Shown one piece after another: positions 19,761 to 30,702 of a stretch of DNA of 64,000 bases. The DNA lies in contig JBHLNZ010000002.1 in NCBI GenBank assembly GCA_048941015.1, positions 65,964 through 129,963 of the forward strand, written 5' to 3'. The position numbers and the translations under genes are program-made. The notes beneath the pieces were generated by a model that ran no database searches, was not told where the DNA came from, and saw nothing but the letters and a program-made list of their open reading frames with translations. The DNA comes from Promethearchaeota archaeon. Lineage in GTDB: Archaea > Asgardarchaeota > Lokiarchaeia > Sigyniarchaeales > SOKP01. Position 1 is the first letter of the stretch; each line of letters opens with the position of its first letter.

Positions 19761-20789
19761 TTGTATATGATTAATTCTGATTTTAGACTACCATCTGATG
19801 AACCAGAACAATTATTAGTCAAATCTCAGGATAAAACAAATCCAGAATATGGATGTGACCCAACTAAAAGGAATATAGAATCCTTATTACAATATGGTGT
19901 AATTAATTTAGATAAGCCTAGTGGTCCCACAAGTCATGAAGTTGTTTCTTGGTTGCGGAAAATCTTAAACGTTCCTAATGCGGGACATGGAGGTACATTA
20001 GATCCAAAAGTTACAGGAGTATTACCTTGTGCTCTGGGAAAAGCAACACGCGTTTTATCGGCACTATTAGAAGTAGGGAAAGAGTATGTAGGAATTATGA
20101 AACTGCATAATCCTGAAAGTTTTAAAAAAATAGAAAAAATTTTTAGGATCTTCACAGGAAAAATATATCAAACACCACCTTTGAAATCTTCTGTTAGCAG
20201 AAGATTAAGAACAAGAGATATTTATTATCTTAATATTCTTGATATTGAAGAAAATCTTGTTTTATTTCGTGTTGGATGCGAAGCTGGAACTTATATAAGA
20301 AAATTATGCTTTGACATCGGCGAAGCATTATGCTCAGGAGCTCATATGCTTGAACTAAGAAGAACTCGAGTAGGCAATTTTCGTGAAGATAATACATTAG
20401 TGACTCTTCAAAATGTAAAAGATGCATTCGATATCTTTTATCAAGAAAATGATGAATCATATCTAAGAAAAATTGTTTTTCCAATGGAAAAAATTGTCGA
20501 GCATATTCCTAAGATTTATGTTAGGGATTCTGCTGTAGATGCTTTATGTCATGGAGCAGATCTTGCGGCTGCTGGAATTTGTTTTATTGATGCACGGATT
20601 AAAATTAATATGCTTATAGCATATGTGACTCTTAAACGTGAATTAATCGGTTTTGGCCTTTCAAAAATGGATGCAATGAAAATTTACAAAGCAAAATCTG
20701 GAATTATGGTAAATACAAATAAGATTTTTATGGAAAGGAATACCTATCCTCGCTGGGATGAGATTAAAATCAAAAAATTGGAAGTTTAA
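19761..20789 (+). CDS. cbf5: H/ACA RNP and tRNA pseudouridine synthase Cbf5
   Basis: LDKPSGPTSHEV, GHGGTLDPKVTG, CEAGTYIRKLC, PUA domain. Confidence 0.96.
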   Translation: MYMINSDFRLPSDEPEQLLVKSQDKTNPEYGCDPTKRNIESLLQYGVINLDKPSGPTSHEVVSWLRKILNVPNAGHGGTLDPKVTGVLPCALGKATRVLSALLEVGKEYVGIMKLHNPESFKKIEKIFRIFTGKIYQTPPLKSSVSRRLRTRDIYYLNILDIEENLVLFRVGCEAGTYIRKLCFDIGEALCSGAHMLELRRTRVGNFREDNTLVTLQNVKDAFDIFYQENDESYLRKIVFPMEKIVEHIPKIYVRDSAVDALCHGADLAAAGICFIDARIKINMLIAYVTLKRELIGFGLSKMDAMKIYKAKSGIMVNTNKIFMERNTYPRWDEIKIKKLEV

Positions 20790-21449
20790 ATGAATAATAA
20801 AGGTCAACATTACTCTACGGCTTTTCCAGATGTCAATGTGAAAATTCTTTCGATATCTGCAAGTTTAAGGAGACATCTATATCTTTTTAAGACAATAACT
20901 GGTGTATTCTCATTTAAAAAAATAGATCTTGGAACTAAAATTCTTGTTGAAAATATGAAAATACCTGATTCATCAAGTGTATTACTAGATTTAGGATGTG
21001 GATATGGGGTTATCGGTATAATTTTATCTAAAGAATCCCCTCTAAGCCAGGTTTATATGATAGACATAAATCAAAGAGCAATTTGGTGTACAAAAGAAAA
21101 TATAAAAATTAATATACCAGATTCTAAGAATCAGACAATAGTTCTTAAAGGTAATTATTTTGAGCCTTTAATTAAAAAGAATGTTAAATTTGATGCAATT
21201 TATATGAATCCTCCATTAAGAAAGGGGAGAAGAGAATTTCTCAATCTTTTTCAGGAACTTCCTAATTATTTGAAGAAAAAAGGATTTTTCCAATTTGTAA
21301 TTAAAAAAAAAATGGGAGCAGAATATGTATTAGATTATCTAAGAAAAAAATATTCAGAACAAACCGTAGAAGTTTTATGCAAAAGAAGTGGTTATTGGGT
21401 TTTTAATTGTGTGCAACATCAAAATAATACAGTTTCTCCAAAAATTTAA
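20790..21449 (+). CDS. RsmC-like class I SAM methyltransferase
   Basis: GVFS...IDLGT, LDLGCGYG, MNPP. Confidence 0.9.
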   Translation: MNNKGQHYSTAFPDVNVKILSISASLRRHLYLFKTITGVFSFKKIDLGTKILVENMKIPDSSSVLLDLGCGYGVIGIILSKESPLSQVYMIDINQRAIWCTKENIKINIPDSKNQTIVLKGNYFEPLIKKNVKFDAIYMNPPLRKGRREFLNLFQELPNYLKKKGFFQFVIKKKMGAEYVLDYLRKKYSEQTVEVLCKRSGYWVFNCVQHQNNTVSPKI

Positions 21450-21514
21450 TAGAGAAATCGTAAAAAATTGGTAAAATTTTTTAGAATTAATGTATTTTCT
21501 TTCTTAACTCACAT

Positions 21515-21793
21515 GTGAAAAATGAGGATTTTTCCTTGACTAAAAAAAAAAAGATTGATGTATTACTTCATGAACTAGTTCCAAAACATAAACTTATGAC
21601 TAAAGAAGAGACTAAGCAATTATTAAATAAATTTCAGATACAACTTACAGATTTGCCTCAACTTTTTGAAAAAGATCCTGTTGCTATTGCAATTGGAGCT
21701 AAAGAGGGGGATGTAGTTAAGATTATCCGTGATTCTCATACTACTGTAATCTCAGTTAATTACTATCGATATGTAAAAAAGGAAAAAGTCTAA
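21515..21793 (+). CDS. rpoH: RNA polymerase subunit H (Rpo5)
   Basis: HELVPKH, LPQL...DPV, GDVVKIIRDS, YYRYV. Confidence 0.96.
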   Translation: MKNEDFSLTKKKKIDVLLHELVPKHKLMTKEETKQLLNKFQIQLTDLPQLFEKDPVAIAIGAKEGDVVKIIRDSHTTVISVNYYRYVKKEKV

Positions 21794-21835
21794 TTATTAC
21801 TTATTAAAAATAAAAATGTGAAGGTTAAATAGATT

Positions 21836-24800
21836 TTGAGTGTTGAAAAACTATCTAATAACGACAAATGGGTTGTTTTAAAAAGTTTATTCGATGAAAA
21901 AGGTCTTGTTCGACAACATCTGGATTCATATAACAATTTTATTGAGCATGAGATGCAAGCAATAGTAGATGAATCGGGTGAAGTTATTCCAGACATTCCA
22001 GGATTCAAAATAAAATTTGGAAAAATTAAAGTAGGTGTTCCTAAAGTAAGGGAAGCAGATGGTGCAACAATGGAGATAACTCCTATTGAGGCACGAATCA
22101 GAGAATTAAGTTACGCTGCTGATATCACATTAGAAATGACACCTATAACAATCGATGAAAGGACGCAAAGGGAAGAACCTGAGGAAACTCTTGATATCTA
22201 TATTGGTAAAATCCCGATAATGCTCAAGAGTTGTCGATGCCCTTTAGAAAGTTTAGCAGAACAGGAATTAATTAACCGTGGTGAGGATCCTCTTGACCCA
22301 GGAGGATACTTCATTATAAATGGTACAGAACGTGTGCTGGTAACACAAGAAGATTTAGCTCCAAATAGAATATTAGCAGAAGAAGCAAGTAGGAGTTCAA
22401 GTGCTACTCATCAAGCTAAAGTTTTTTCAACAAGGAGTGGTTTTAGAGCTCCTGTAACAATCGAAAGAAAGAAAGATGGAAATCTGAGAGTATCTTTTCC
22501 TTCTGTTCCTGGTAAAATTCCGCTAGCTATATTAATGAGAGCTTTAGGATTACATTCTGATAGAGAAATTTTTGAAGCAATTTCAGAAAATGATGAAATT
22601 CAAAAAGAATTAATACCTGTAGTAGATGTGGCTTCTGAGATTCAAGTTTTAAAAGATCCTGAAAAATCTCAACAAAATGCACTTGATTATATTGGAAAAC
22701 GAGTAGCTATCGGGCAAACTAAAGATTATCGTATTAGAAGAGCCCTTCAAGTTTTAGATCGATATCTCTTACCTCATATTGGAAATGAAGAGGAAGATCG
22801 AATTAAAAAAGCTTACTATTTAGGCCAAATGGCACAAAAAGTCATGGAATTGGCTTTAAAATTAAGGGACCCTGATGACAAAGATCATTATTCAAATAAA
22901 AGGTTAAAATTAGCGGGAGAATTATTTACTTCATTATTTAGAGTAGCATTTCTAAATCTAGTCAAAGATATTAAATATCAATTAGAGAGAACAGCAGTAC
23001 GTGGTAGAGCGCCTAATATCAAGACGGCAGTAAGAGCTGATGTAATTACAGAAAGAATAAGGCATGCTTTAGCAACAGGTAATTGGGTTGGTGGAAAAGC
23101 GGGAGTAAGCCAGTTATTGAATAGAACTAATCATGTGGGAACATTAAGTCACTTAAGAAGAGTGATATCTCCCCTAAGTCGAAGTCAACCTCATTTTGAA
23201 GCTAGAGATTTACATCCAACCCAATGGGGAAAAATTTGTCCTGCAGAAACACCTGAAGGACCAAACTGCGGTCTAGTTAAGAATCTTGGTTTAGCTTCCA
23301 TTATATCGGTAGGTGCAGATGAGAAGATAATTGAAAATATCTTAATTGACCTAGGAGTAATACCTATTAATGAAGTAAAAAACATTAAAGGAGATAAAGT
23401 TAAAGTATTTTTAAACGGAAAGCTGGTGGGGATACATCAACAATACAATCCATTTATCCTTCAGCTTAGAGAGAAGAGGAGAAAGGGAGAGATCGGACAA
23501 CATGTAAATATAGGGTATTATCATGATTCAAAAGAGATCCAAATAAATTGTGATGAGGGAAGAGCTACAAGACCATTGTTTGTTGTGAAAAATAAAAAGT
23601 TGCTTATAAGTCGAGAAGATATTGAAAAATTAAAGCAGAATAAATTCATCTGGTCTGATTTAGTCCAGAAAGGTGTTATTGAATATTTGGACGCTGAAGA
23701 AGAAGAAAACGCTTATATTGCAATGTTTGAAGAAGATATAACTGAGGAAACTACTCATTTAGAAATTTCTCCAGCTGCAATCTTGGGAATATGCGCTTCT
23801 ATAATTCCGTTCCCAGAGCATAATCAATCCCCAAGAAACACTTATGAAGCAGGAATGGTAAAGCAAGCATTAGGCTTATTCGCTGCAAATATGCATTTAA
23901 GACTAGATACACGAGGTCATACATTACATTATCCTCAACAGCCATTAGTAAAAACTAGTCCAATGGAAATAATAGGAATTAACAAACGCCCTGCTGGACA
24001 AAATTTTATTATAGCCATGATGAGTTTTGAAGGATTCAATATTGAAGATGCTATTATAATTAATAAAGCTTCAATTGAGAGAGGTCTAGCAAGAAGCCAT
24101 TTCTTTAGAACTTATGATGCTGAAGAAAGAAAATATCCTGGGGGAGAAGTGGATAAGTTTGAGATCCCTGAAAGAGGAGTTAGAGGCTTTAAGTCTGCTG
24201 AATCTTATAGGTTATTATCAGAAGAAGATGGGATTATTGAGCCAGAAACTGCTGTAAATGGTGGAGATGTTTTAATCGGACGTACATCACCTCCAAGATT
24301 CATTAAATCTTACGAGGAATTTGAATTAATGCAACCAAATAGAAGAGAAACATCAAAGAATATGAGACACAATGAAATGGGAATTGTAGATACGGTTATT
24401 ATTTCCGAAACAGTTGACGGTAATAAGTTAGTTAAAATTAAAGTAAGAGATTTAAGAATACCTGAATTGGGAGATAAGTTTTCTTCTCGTCATGGACAAA
24501 AAGGTGTTTTAGGATTAATACAACCTCAAGAAGACATGCCTTTTACCTCATCTGGGGTGATTCCTGACATAATTGTTAATCCCCATGCGATGCCATCGAG
24601 AATGACTTTAGGTCAGTTATTTGAAGGAATTAGTGGAAAGATAGCATGCAATACAGGTATTTTAGGCGATGCTACTGCTTTCGAATGGAAAAATATTACT
24701 GAACTTCAAGAACAACTTGTTGAGGCAGGCTTCGAATTTAATGGAAGAGAAGTAATGTATAATGGAATTACAGGTGAAAAATATGAAGCAGGAATTTATT

Positions 24801-25207
24801 GTAATCCTATTTATTATCAAAAACTTTATCATCTAGTTGCAGATAAGTTACATGCTCGAGCTCGAGGTCCTGTACAAATATTAACAAGACAGCCTACTGA
24901 GGGGAGAGCACGAGAGGGAGGATTGAGATTTGGGGAAATGGAACGTGATTGTTTGGTTGGTCATGGATCTGCTTTACTTTTAAAAGAAAGATTATTAGAT
25001 GAATCTGATAGAACTGTTATCTTGGTTTGTGAGAAATGTGGTCTTTTAGCTGTATATGATAGAAATCGGGATAAGAGATATTGCCCTGTTTGTGGTGAGG
25101 GTACTGTAATTTCAAAGGTTGTATGCTCCTATGCTTTTAAATTATTACTTCAGGAAATGATGAGTTTAGGTTTAGCTCCACGTTTAAAATTGAAAGAAAA
25201 AATTTAA
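21836..25207 (+). CDS. rpoB: RNA polymerase subunit B (Rpo2), unsplit
   Basis: GGYFIING, ETPEGPNCGL, EDAI, GDKFSSRHGQKG, PSRMT, GGLRFGEMERD, C-terminal zinc finger. Confidence 0.99.
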   Translation: MSVEKLSNNDKWVVLKSLFDEKGLVRQHLDSYNNFIEHEMQAIVDESGEVIPDIPGFKIKFGKIKVGVPKVREADGATMEITPIEARIRELSYAADITLEMTPITIDERTQREEPEETLDIYIGKIPIMLKSCRCPLESLAEQELINRGEDPLDPGGYFIINGTERVLVTQEDLAPNRILAEEASRSSSATHQAKVFSTRSGFRAPVTIERKKDGNLRVSFPSVPGKIPLAILMRALGLHSDREIFEAISENDEIQKELIPVVDVASEIQVLKDPEKSQQNALDYIGKRVAIGQTKDYRIRRALQVLDRYLLPHIGNEEEDRIKKAYYLGQMAQKVMELALKLRDPDDKDHYSNKRLKLAGELFTSLFRVAFLNLVKDIKYQLERTAVRGRAPNIKTAVRADVITERIRHALATGNWVGGKAGVSQLLNRTNHVGTLSHLRRVISPLSRSQPHFEARDLHPTQWGKICPAETPEGPNCGLVKNLGLASIISVGADEKIIENILIDLGVIPINEVKNIKGDKVKVFLNGKLVGIHQQYNPFILQLREKRRKGEIGQHVNIGYYHDSKEIQINCDEGRATRPLFVVKNKKLLISREDIEKLKQNKFIWSDLVQKGVIEYLDAEEEENAYIAMFEEDITEETTHLEISPAAILGICASIIPFPEHNQSPRNTYEAGMVKQALGLFAANMHLRLDTRGHTLHYPQQPLVKTSPMEIIGINKRPAGQNFIIAMMSFEGFNIEDAIIINKASIERGLARSHFFRTYDAEERKYPGGEVDKFEIPERGVRGFKSAESYRLLSEEDGIIEPETAVNGGDVLIGRTSPPRFIKSYEEFELMQPNRRETSKNMRHNEMGIVDTVIISETVDGNKLVKIKVRDLRIPELGDKFSSRHGQKGVLGLIQPQEDMPFTSSGVIPDIIVNPHAMPSRMTLGQLFEGISGKIACNTGILGDATAFEWKNITELQEQLVEAGFEFNGREVMYNGITGEKYEAGIYCNPIYYQKLYHLVADKLHARARGPVQILTRQPTEGRAREGGLRFGEMERDCLVGHGSALLLKERLLDESDRTVILVCEKCGLLAVYDRNRDKRYCPVCGEGTVISKVVCSYAFKLLLQEMMSLGLAPRLKLKEKI

Positions 25208-25299
25208 TTATATTTTCCTTTTCGCCTTATTTATTTAAGATTTATGAATCTATTGCTCAATTCTGAGAGAAAAATCGAATTTAAAAAAAAAAGAGAATT

Positions 25300-25719
25300 T
25301 TAAATTCCAAAACCAAGGAATGAATAAAGTTCTGGTATCATTGTATATAGAAGGAATAGGAAAAACAATGTTAATAAAGCTATCCATACAGCATGATCCC
25401 AAGAGATATCCAGGAAAAACTTAGTTAAAACTAATATAATAAGAAAACCGATTATCGGAGTTAATTGAGTCAAATAATTCGAACCACTGAATGCAAGTAA
25501 ATCACCTATTGCAGATAAAACACTATTAATTGCACCTAAAACTACAGGAATTATCAAAACACATATAAAAGCTAATAGAATGATTAAAAATTTCTTATCA
25601 GAGGCTTTAGTTTTAGATTCGATAAGTAATGTCGAAATATAAATGATCAATGTAACTATTACTGTCGCAAGTACTAACCATAAAATAAAAAATAACGTAC
25701 TTTCCCATTGAAATAACAT
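25300..25719 (-). CDS. Hypothetical membrane protein (~4 TM)
   Basis: Hydrophobic 139-aa ORF. Confidence 0.7.
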   Translation of the reverse strand: MLFQWESTLFFILWLVLATVIVTLIIYISTLLIESKTKASDKKFLIILLAFICVLIIPVVLGAINSVLSAIGDLLAFSGSNYLTQLTPIIGFLIILVLTKFFLDISWDHAVWIALLTLFFLFLLYTMIPELYSFLGFGI

Positions 25720-25855
25720 TTTAATTGTCTACCTTTAATTTTGAGTTTTTGAAAAATTTAAATTAAGTGTGCAATACTCTCCTTCTTTTTTAAATATTAA
25801 CATAATATTATTATTGTTTAAAAAAGGATTTTATGTTAAAAAATGAAAAATTGGG

Positions 25856-26071
25856 TTATATACCAAAGGATTTAAGAAAAAAGTGAATTGCAAAACCTAA
25901 AAACACAGAAGTAAAGGCAATAGAAATTATAGACAATTTGATTGATAATTCCCTACCATATTTTGTATAAAGTACTAATATAGTCAATGAAATAATCCCA
26001 ATAACAAGAAAAATCCATGCTAATATCCATAAAGTAAATGAAGGAATTTCAAAGTCACTAATTTGAAACAT
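25856..26071 (-). CDS. Small hypothetical membrane protein (2 TM)
   Basis: 71-aa ORF with two hydrophobic helices. Confidence 0.6.
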   Translation of the reverse strand: MFQISDFEIPSFTLWILAWIFLVIGIISLTILVLYTKYGRELSIKLSIISIAFTSVFLGFAIHFFLKSFGI

Positions 26072-26310
26072 AGGTTCTAATATGAGTTTTCTACATTTTT
26101 ATTCTGGTTAAATTATATTTTATTTTTTATATTTTTTTAAGTTTATCAATAATAAATTGAAATTTACGGTATTGTTCAAAAAGTTGAATAAGGTGTTTTA
26201 TTTAATGTGTTAAATTTATTGTTTTTTCCAAATTATTTTAGCAAAGAATTAATGATTAAAATTTAAAGGCATGAACTCTTGTTAAATTATAAATATTTTG
26301 AATTATTTAA

Positions 26311-27105
26311 TTGAAACTTGAAAAAATGCATTTTTTAAACAAGCTCATTAAAACTCCAATTTTGGATGATCCAGCAAATAAACATAGGGAGGTTCATCGG
26401 CATTTCTATAGGTATTCGAGGGGAGATTTCATTGGCCCTGCGATAAAAATAAGCAAAACAAGTACAAAGATCACTCTTAAAGGAACCCATGAATATGAAG
26501 ATTTAATATTAGAAATTGTTACTAAAACAATTTCAAATAATAGTGATTTTGAAATTAAAGGTAGATTGATTACTGGAAGCGATATCTCAAAAATTATTTC
26601 TAATTTAGGTTTTAATTGGGAATTAAAACAATCTACTGGAAAAACTAAGAATTTTAAAGCAGATATTATAGATAAAACAAATAGAGAACAATTATTAAAT
26701 GCTATTGATATGTTTCGAGAAAATAGTTATCTACTCATATCTTTCAATTTAGGGTCAAATTGTAAAGTTACAACTAAAAAAAATATTCCACAACCATCTA
26801 AAAAAAAAATTGAAGATGATGATGTTAATAAGAGGGTACAATTCTGCACTGGATATATAAGAAATAATAAACAAAACCTTGACTACATAATTAATTTAAT
26901 AATACCAGATTTTAAAGCAGACATTTCGAGTAATTGGAAATCGATTACACTTTATAATAACTATAAAATTACCGATATTGAAATCCCAAAAAGTCTCACA
27001 GATTCAAGATTAATGCGAATAATGTCGGTTAGAGAAGGAAAAGTGTTTCGATCATTAGAGATTGATGGTGAGATCATAGAAAAACAATATTCTGTTGTTG
27101 TATAA
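26311..27105 (+). CDS. Hypothetical protein upstream of TFE
   Basis: 264-aa ORF; VHRHFYRYSRGDFIGP block looks conserved; function not recognised. Confidence 0.7.
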   Translation: MKLEKMHFLNKLIKTPILDDPANKHREVHRHFYRYSRGDFIGPAIKISKTSTKITLKGTHEYEDLILEIVTKTISNNSDFEIKGRLITGSDISKIISNLGFNWELKQSTGKTKNFKADIIDKTNREQLLNAIDMFRENSYLLISFNLGSNCKVTTKKNIPQPSKKKIEDDDVNKRVQFCTGYIRNNKQNLDYIINLIIPDFKADISSNWKSITLYNNYKITDIEIPKSLTDSRLMRIMSVREGKVFRSLEIDGEIIEKQYSVVV

Positions 27106-27209
27106 TAAAAAATATAGTATCTATGATATAAAATATAAAAAAATTTAATTTTTATAAAAATTTATGATACAAAAAAGACTTTAAAATTAAAAGAGGGAAT
27201 TGGAAAAAT

Positions 27210-27791
27210 TTGAATCCGCTACTCCGTTCATTATTGTATATCATAGGAGGGGATATAGCAATTGAAGTTGGAATTGAATTATTGAATTCAGAGAATGAAG
27301 ATATCACAGATGAAGATATTACTGAAAATATTAAGGAACGAATTGAAGCTGAAAATAGAGAAGTAGATTTTGAGCCAGATGATACTGAAATTCTAAAACT
27401 TAATACAGTTAGAAAAACTTTGTACAAACTTTATAATGAAAAACTAGCTCAATTTCGTCGAATAAGAGACAAATCAACTGGCTGGTTTATTTATTATTGG
27501 TGGCACGAATTTGATCTACTTGATGAAATTGTTCTTGAAAAAAGAAAGACTATTGAGTTAAAACTAAGAGAGAGATTAGATTTTGAAGAGAATAATTATT
27601 TTTTTATTTGCCGAAACTGTGAAGATTCTAATACCAAATTTAATTTTGAAGAAGCATACGAGATGAATTTTAGGTGCCCCAATTGTGGAAATATTTTAGA
27701 AGCGCAAGATAATAAGAAGATTATCCAATTTTTAAAAGAAAAAATTGCATCAATTCAAAAAGTCGATATTCCTTTAAGTAATGATAAATGA
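27210..27791 (+). CDS. tfe: Transcription factor E (TFIIE alpha)
   Basis: TDEDI..., LNTVRKTLYKLY, RD..TGWFIYYW, zinc ribbon C..C...F.CPNCG. Confidence 0.95.
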   Translation: MNPLLRSLLYIIGGDIAIEVGIELLNSENEDITDEDITENIKERIEAENREVDFEPDDTEILKLNTVRKTLYKLYNEKLAQFRRIRDKSTGWFIYYWWHEFDLLDEIVLEKRKTIELKLRERLDFEENNYFFICRNCEDSNTKFNFEEAYEMNFRCPNCGNILEAQDNKKIIQFLKEKIASIQKVDIPLSNDK

Positions 27792-27855
27792 GTTAAAAAA
27801 TAACATTTTAATAAATTTTTATCCGATTTTTAGATATTTTTTCAAATGAGGTGTA

Positions 27856-29913
27856 ATTTCTTTTTCTAAAAATAATTTACCTATTATAAGAAGATTTGGA
27901 ACATGTTCAAAAGATTGTTATGGATCTTGTGTATTTATTGGAGAATGGAAAGATAATAATACCGAGAAGAAATTTATAAAAGCAATACCTTCGAAAAGTC
28001 ATCCATTTACTAAAGGTTTCTTTTGTTCTAAACTAAATAATCGCCAAGATTTAATTTATCATCCCGCAAGACTAAAAAAGCCATTGTTTAGAACTAATGA
28101 AAAAGGGTCAAATGACTTTAATACTATTTCTTTAAAAAGAGCTTTAGAAATTATAGCTAACAATCTTATTGAGATTCAAAAAAACTATGGTTCTGAATCT
28201 ATTCTAGCAGCATTTAATGCTGGTAATTTTGGTTTAATCTCTAGATATGCTCCATTAAGATTTTTTGGGAGAATAGATGCCCAGATAACAGCTGGGGGAA
28301 TTTGCAATGAAGGAGGCTGTGCTGGCTTGACAGAATTATTTGGAACTTATTCAACAACAAATCCATTACAATTGATTAATTCAAAAACAAAATTAATTGT
28401 AGTTTGGGGCAGTGATTTATCTAATAGGAATATACATGCTTATCTCTTAATCAAAAAAGCGAAAGAAAATGGAGCTTTTTTAATCGTAATCGATTCACGA
28501 TTTACGAAAATTGCAGAAGAAGCAGACTATTTTATTTATACAAAACCGGGAACAGATCACTTATTAGCTCAAATAATTATAAAAAGATTAATTAAGCTAA
28601 AGGAATATGAAAAGCTATTCTTAAAAAATTACGTTGATGGTTATCAAGTAGTTATAAAAGAAGCGGCTAATATCAATGAAGAATATAATCTGAATTTAAT
28701 TGAAATTGAAAAAAAACAAATCATTGATATAGTTAATCTATTAATCAAATTTAAAAATCATACGATTTTTAATGTTGGCTATGGGGTACAAAAAGATTAT
28801 TATGGTGGTAGAATTCTTCAATCAATTTCTTTGATTCAAATACTATTAGGAAATTTTGGAAAAGAGAGTACAGGTTTAATATATTCTCAAAGTGATTTTA
28901 ATAAAAGATTTACAATACCTTTACTTGAATATATTACTCAATTTCCCCTTAATTCGTTAAAATTTAATATAAATTTAATTGATTTAGGAAATAAGTTAAG
29001 TTCTAATGATATCAAAATGTTGTTTATTTATAATTTCAATCCCGCTAGCTCGCTTCCAAATCAAAATAAAGTAAGAAAATCTTTAAAGAGAAAAGATTTA
29101 TTTATTGTAGTACAAGATTTATTTCTAAATGAAACAACAAAGTATGCAGATATTGTAATCCCATCAAAATTCGATTTAGAATCTAATGATCTAATTACTC
29201 CATACTATGTTCCAGGTATTTCTATTAATCAAGCAGGACCGTGTCCATATCCTGATTGTACTTCCAATTTTGAGTTTTTTCAGCTTTTAGCACAGAATCT
29301 TAATTGGAATATTGATCCTGAGTTCTATGAAAACGAAGATTCGATTATTCAAAATTGTATTGACTTACTTCCATCAAAAGTTCGAGATGGTATAAGAAGT
29401 AAGGGATATCATGTGATTTTTGGTAAAGATGATATTCCTTTCAAAAATTTAAAATTTCCAACTAAGAATAATCATATTCAATTAAGCAAATTTCAATTTT
29501 TTTTTGGTAGATATGAGTTAGAAGAGAGATTAGTAAGAGATAAAAATGAAATTCTTCTGATAACTCCCTCCTTTAAACAATTTATTCATTCTCAACTAGG
29601 ACAAATACATCCAAAATATTTAGGAGTATTTGAAAAAGTATATTTAAGTCAAGGTGATATAAAGAAGTTTAAGTTGAAACATGGTGAGAGTGTAATTGTG
29701 TCAAATGAATATGGAAGAGGGAAATTCATCGTTGAGGAATCGAGATTATTAAGATCTGGAGTAGCAATGATTTATTCAGGCTGTCCTCTAAATTCTGCTA
29801 ATAGAAGAAATGTTAATGTCTTAATAGGAGATCGTCCCGAAGAGTTAGGTTTTTCAGGATCTTATAATTCTGCTACTGTCAGAATCACTAAAGTTAAACC
29901 TGAATTAAACTGA
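27856..29913 (+). CDS. Molybdopterin (DMSO reductase family) oxidoreductase; coding frame extends upstream of the ORF-track start at 28084
   Basis: In-frame upstream TCSKDCYGSC...HPFTKGFFCSK...HPARLKKPL 4Fe-4S domain; VVWGSD, PGTD, QDLFLNETTKYADIVIP; start codon uncertain. Confidence 0.85.
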   Translation: MSFSKNNLPIIRRFGTCSKDCYGSCVFIGEWKDNNTEKKFIKAIPSKSHPFTKGFFCSKLNNRQDLIYHPARLKKPLFRTNEKGSNDFNTISLKRALEIIANNLIEIQKNYGSESILAAFNAGNFGLISRYAPLRFFGRIDAQITAGGICNEGGCAGLTELFGTYSTTNPLQLINSKTKLIVVWGSDLSNRNIHAYLLIKKAKENGAFLIVIDSRFTKIAEEADYFIYTKPGTDHLLAQIIIKRLIKLKEYEKLFLKNYVDGYQVVIKEAANINEEYNLNLIEIEKKQIIDIVNLLIKFKNHTIFNVGYGVQKDYYGGRILQSISLIQILLGNFGKESTGLIYSQSDFNKRFTIPLLEYITQFPLNSLKFNINLIDLGNKLSSNDIKMLFIYNFNPASSLPNQNKVRKSLKRKDLFIVVQDLFLNETTKYADIVIPSKFDLESNDLITPYYVPGISINQAGPCPYPDCTSNFEFFQLLAQNLNWNIDPEFYENEDSIIQNCIDLLPSKVRDGIRSKGYHVIFGKDDIPFKNLKFPTKNNHIQLSKFQFFFGRYELEERLVRDKNEILLITPSFKQFIHSQLGQIHPKYLGVFEKVYLSQGDIKKFKLKHGESVIVSNEYGRGKFIVEESRLLRSGVAMIYSGCPLNSANRRNVNVLIGDRPEELGFSGSYNSATVRITKVKPELN

Positions 29914-29921
29914 AAGAAAGA

Positions 29922-30470
29922 TTAGGTTTTCTTTTTTTTTATAAAAGCGATATCACCTAAAGAAGCACCAGTTGATTTTTTCATATATTTATCCTTGTTT
30001 GCACTTACTTCGGTTGCATCAGCCTTTTTTAATATTTTGAGATGATATACCTGTTCAATTTTTTTAGCTAATTTAATCGTAGGAGCTACCTTACCCGACT
30101 CAATTCTACGTAATAAGGACGGTTTTTCATTCAATTTTTGTGCAAATTGATCTTGGTTCAATCCAAGAGAATTTCGTGCTTTTCTAATTATAGAAGCATA
30201 ATCTTTGACTACTTCGATATCATCAATTTTATCTTTTTTTGAACTAGACTGTTGAGAAATAATATTTCGTTTTTTGGGAGAAATTAATACTCTTTCTTTA
30301 CGATATGGCTTTTTTTCTACTTTTTGGCCATATTGAGCACAACTCTCACAAACAGTAATTTTTGCACCTTCAATTAAGACCTTTTGTCCTTTACCCCAAA
30401 TTAATCCTCCACAGATAGGGCATTGCTTATCTAAACTATTTGTTCCCTTTTTTGCCATACTATTACTCAA
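29922..30470 (-). CDS. Multiprotein bridging factor aMBF1
   Basis: N-terminal CPICG...IEGAK..VCESC zinc ribbon; HTH (IRKAR..GLNQDQFA..RIESG); SLGD tail; next to PAN. Confidence 0.92.
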   Translation of the reverse strand: MSNSMAKKGTNSLDKQCPICGGLIWGKGQKVLIEGAKITVCESCAQYGQKVEKKPYRKERVLISPKKRNIISQQSSSKKDKIDDIEVVKDYASIIRKARNSLGLNQDQFAQKLNEKPSLLRRIESGKVAPTIKLAKKIEQVYHLKILKKADATEVSANKDKYMKKSTGASLGDIAFIKKKKT

Positions 30471-30702
30471 AAATTGGTGAAATTTAAGGATATGTGTTAT
30501 ATATAAAGAAAGGGACTAAGATTTCTTATAATTTTTGGTTTTAAGGGTACTTTTGTTATAAAATATAACCCATAAATTTTTTAGAAATTGACCTTTTATT
30601 CGAAATATTATCATAACCTTAAATTTATATGATTAAAAGATTATTATAAATTTAAAACAATACCTAGTAATTTGAATAAATAGAAGAAGGGGTATTTTCT
30701 TT

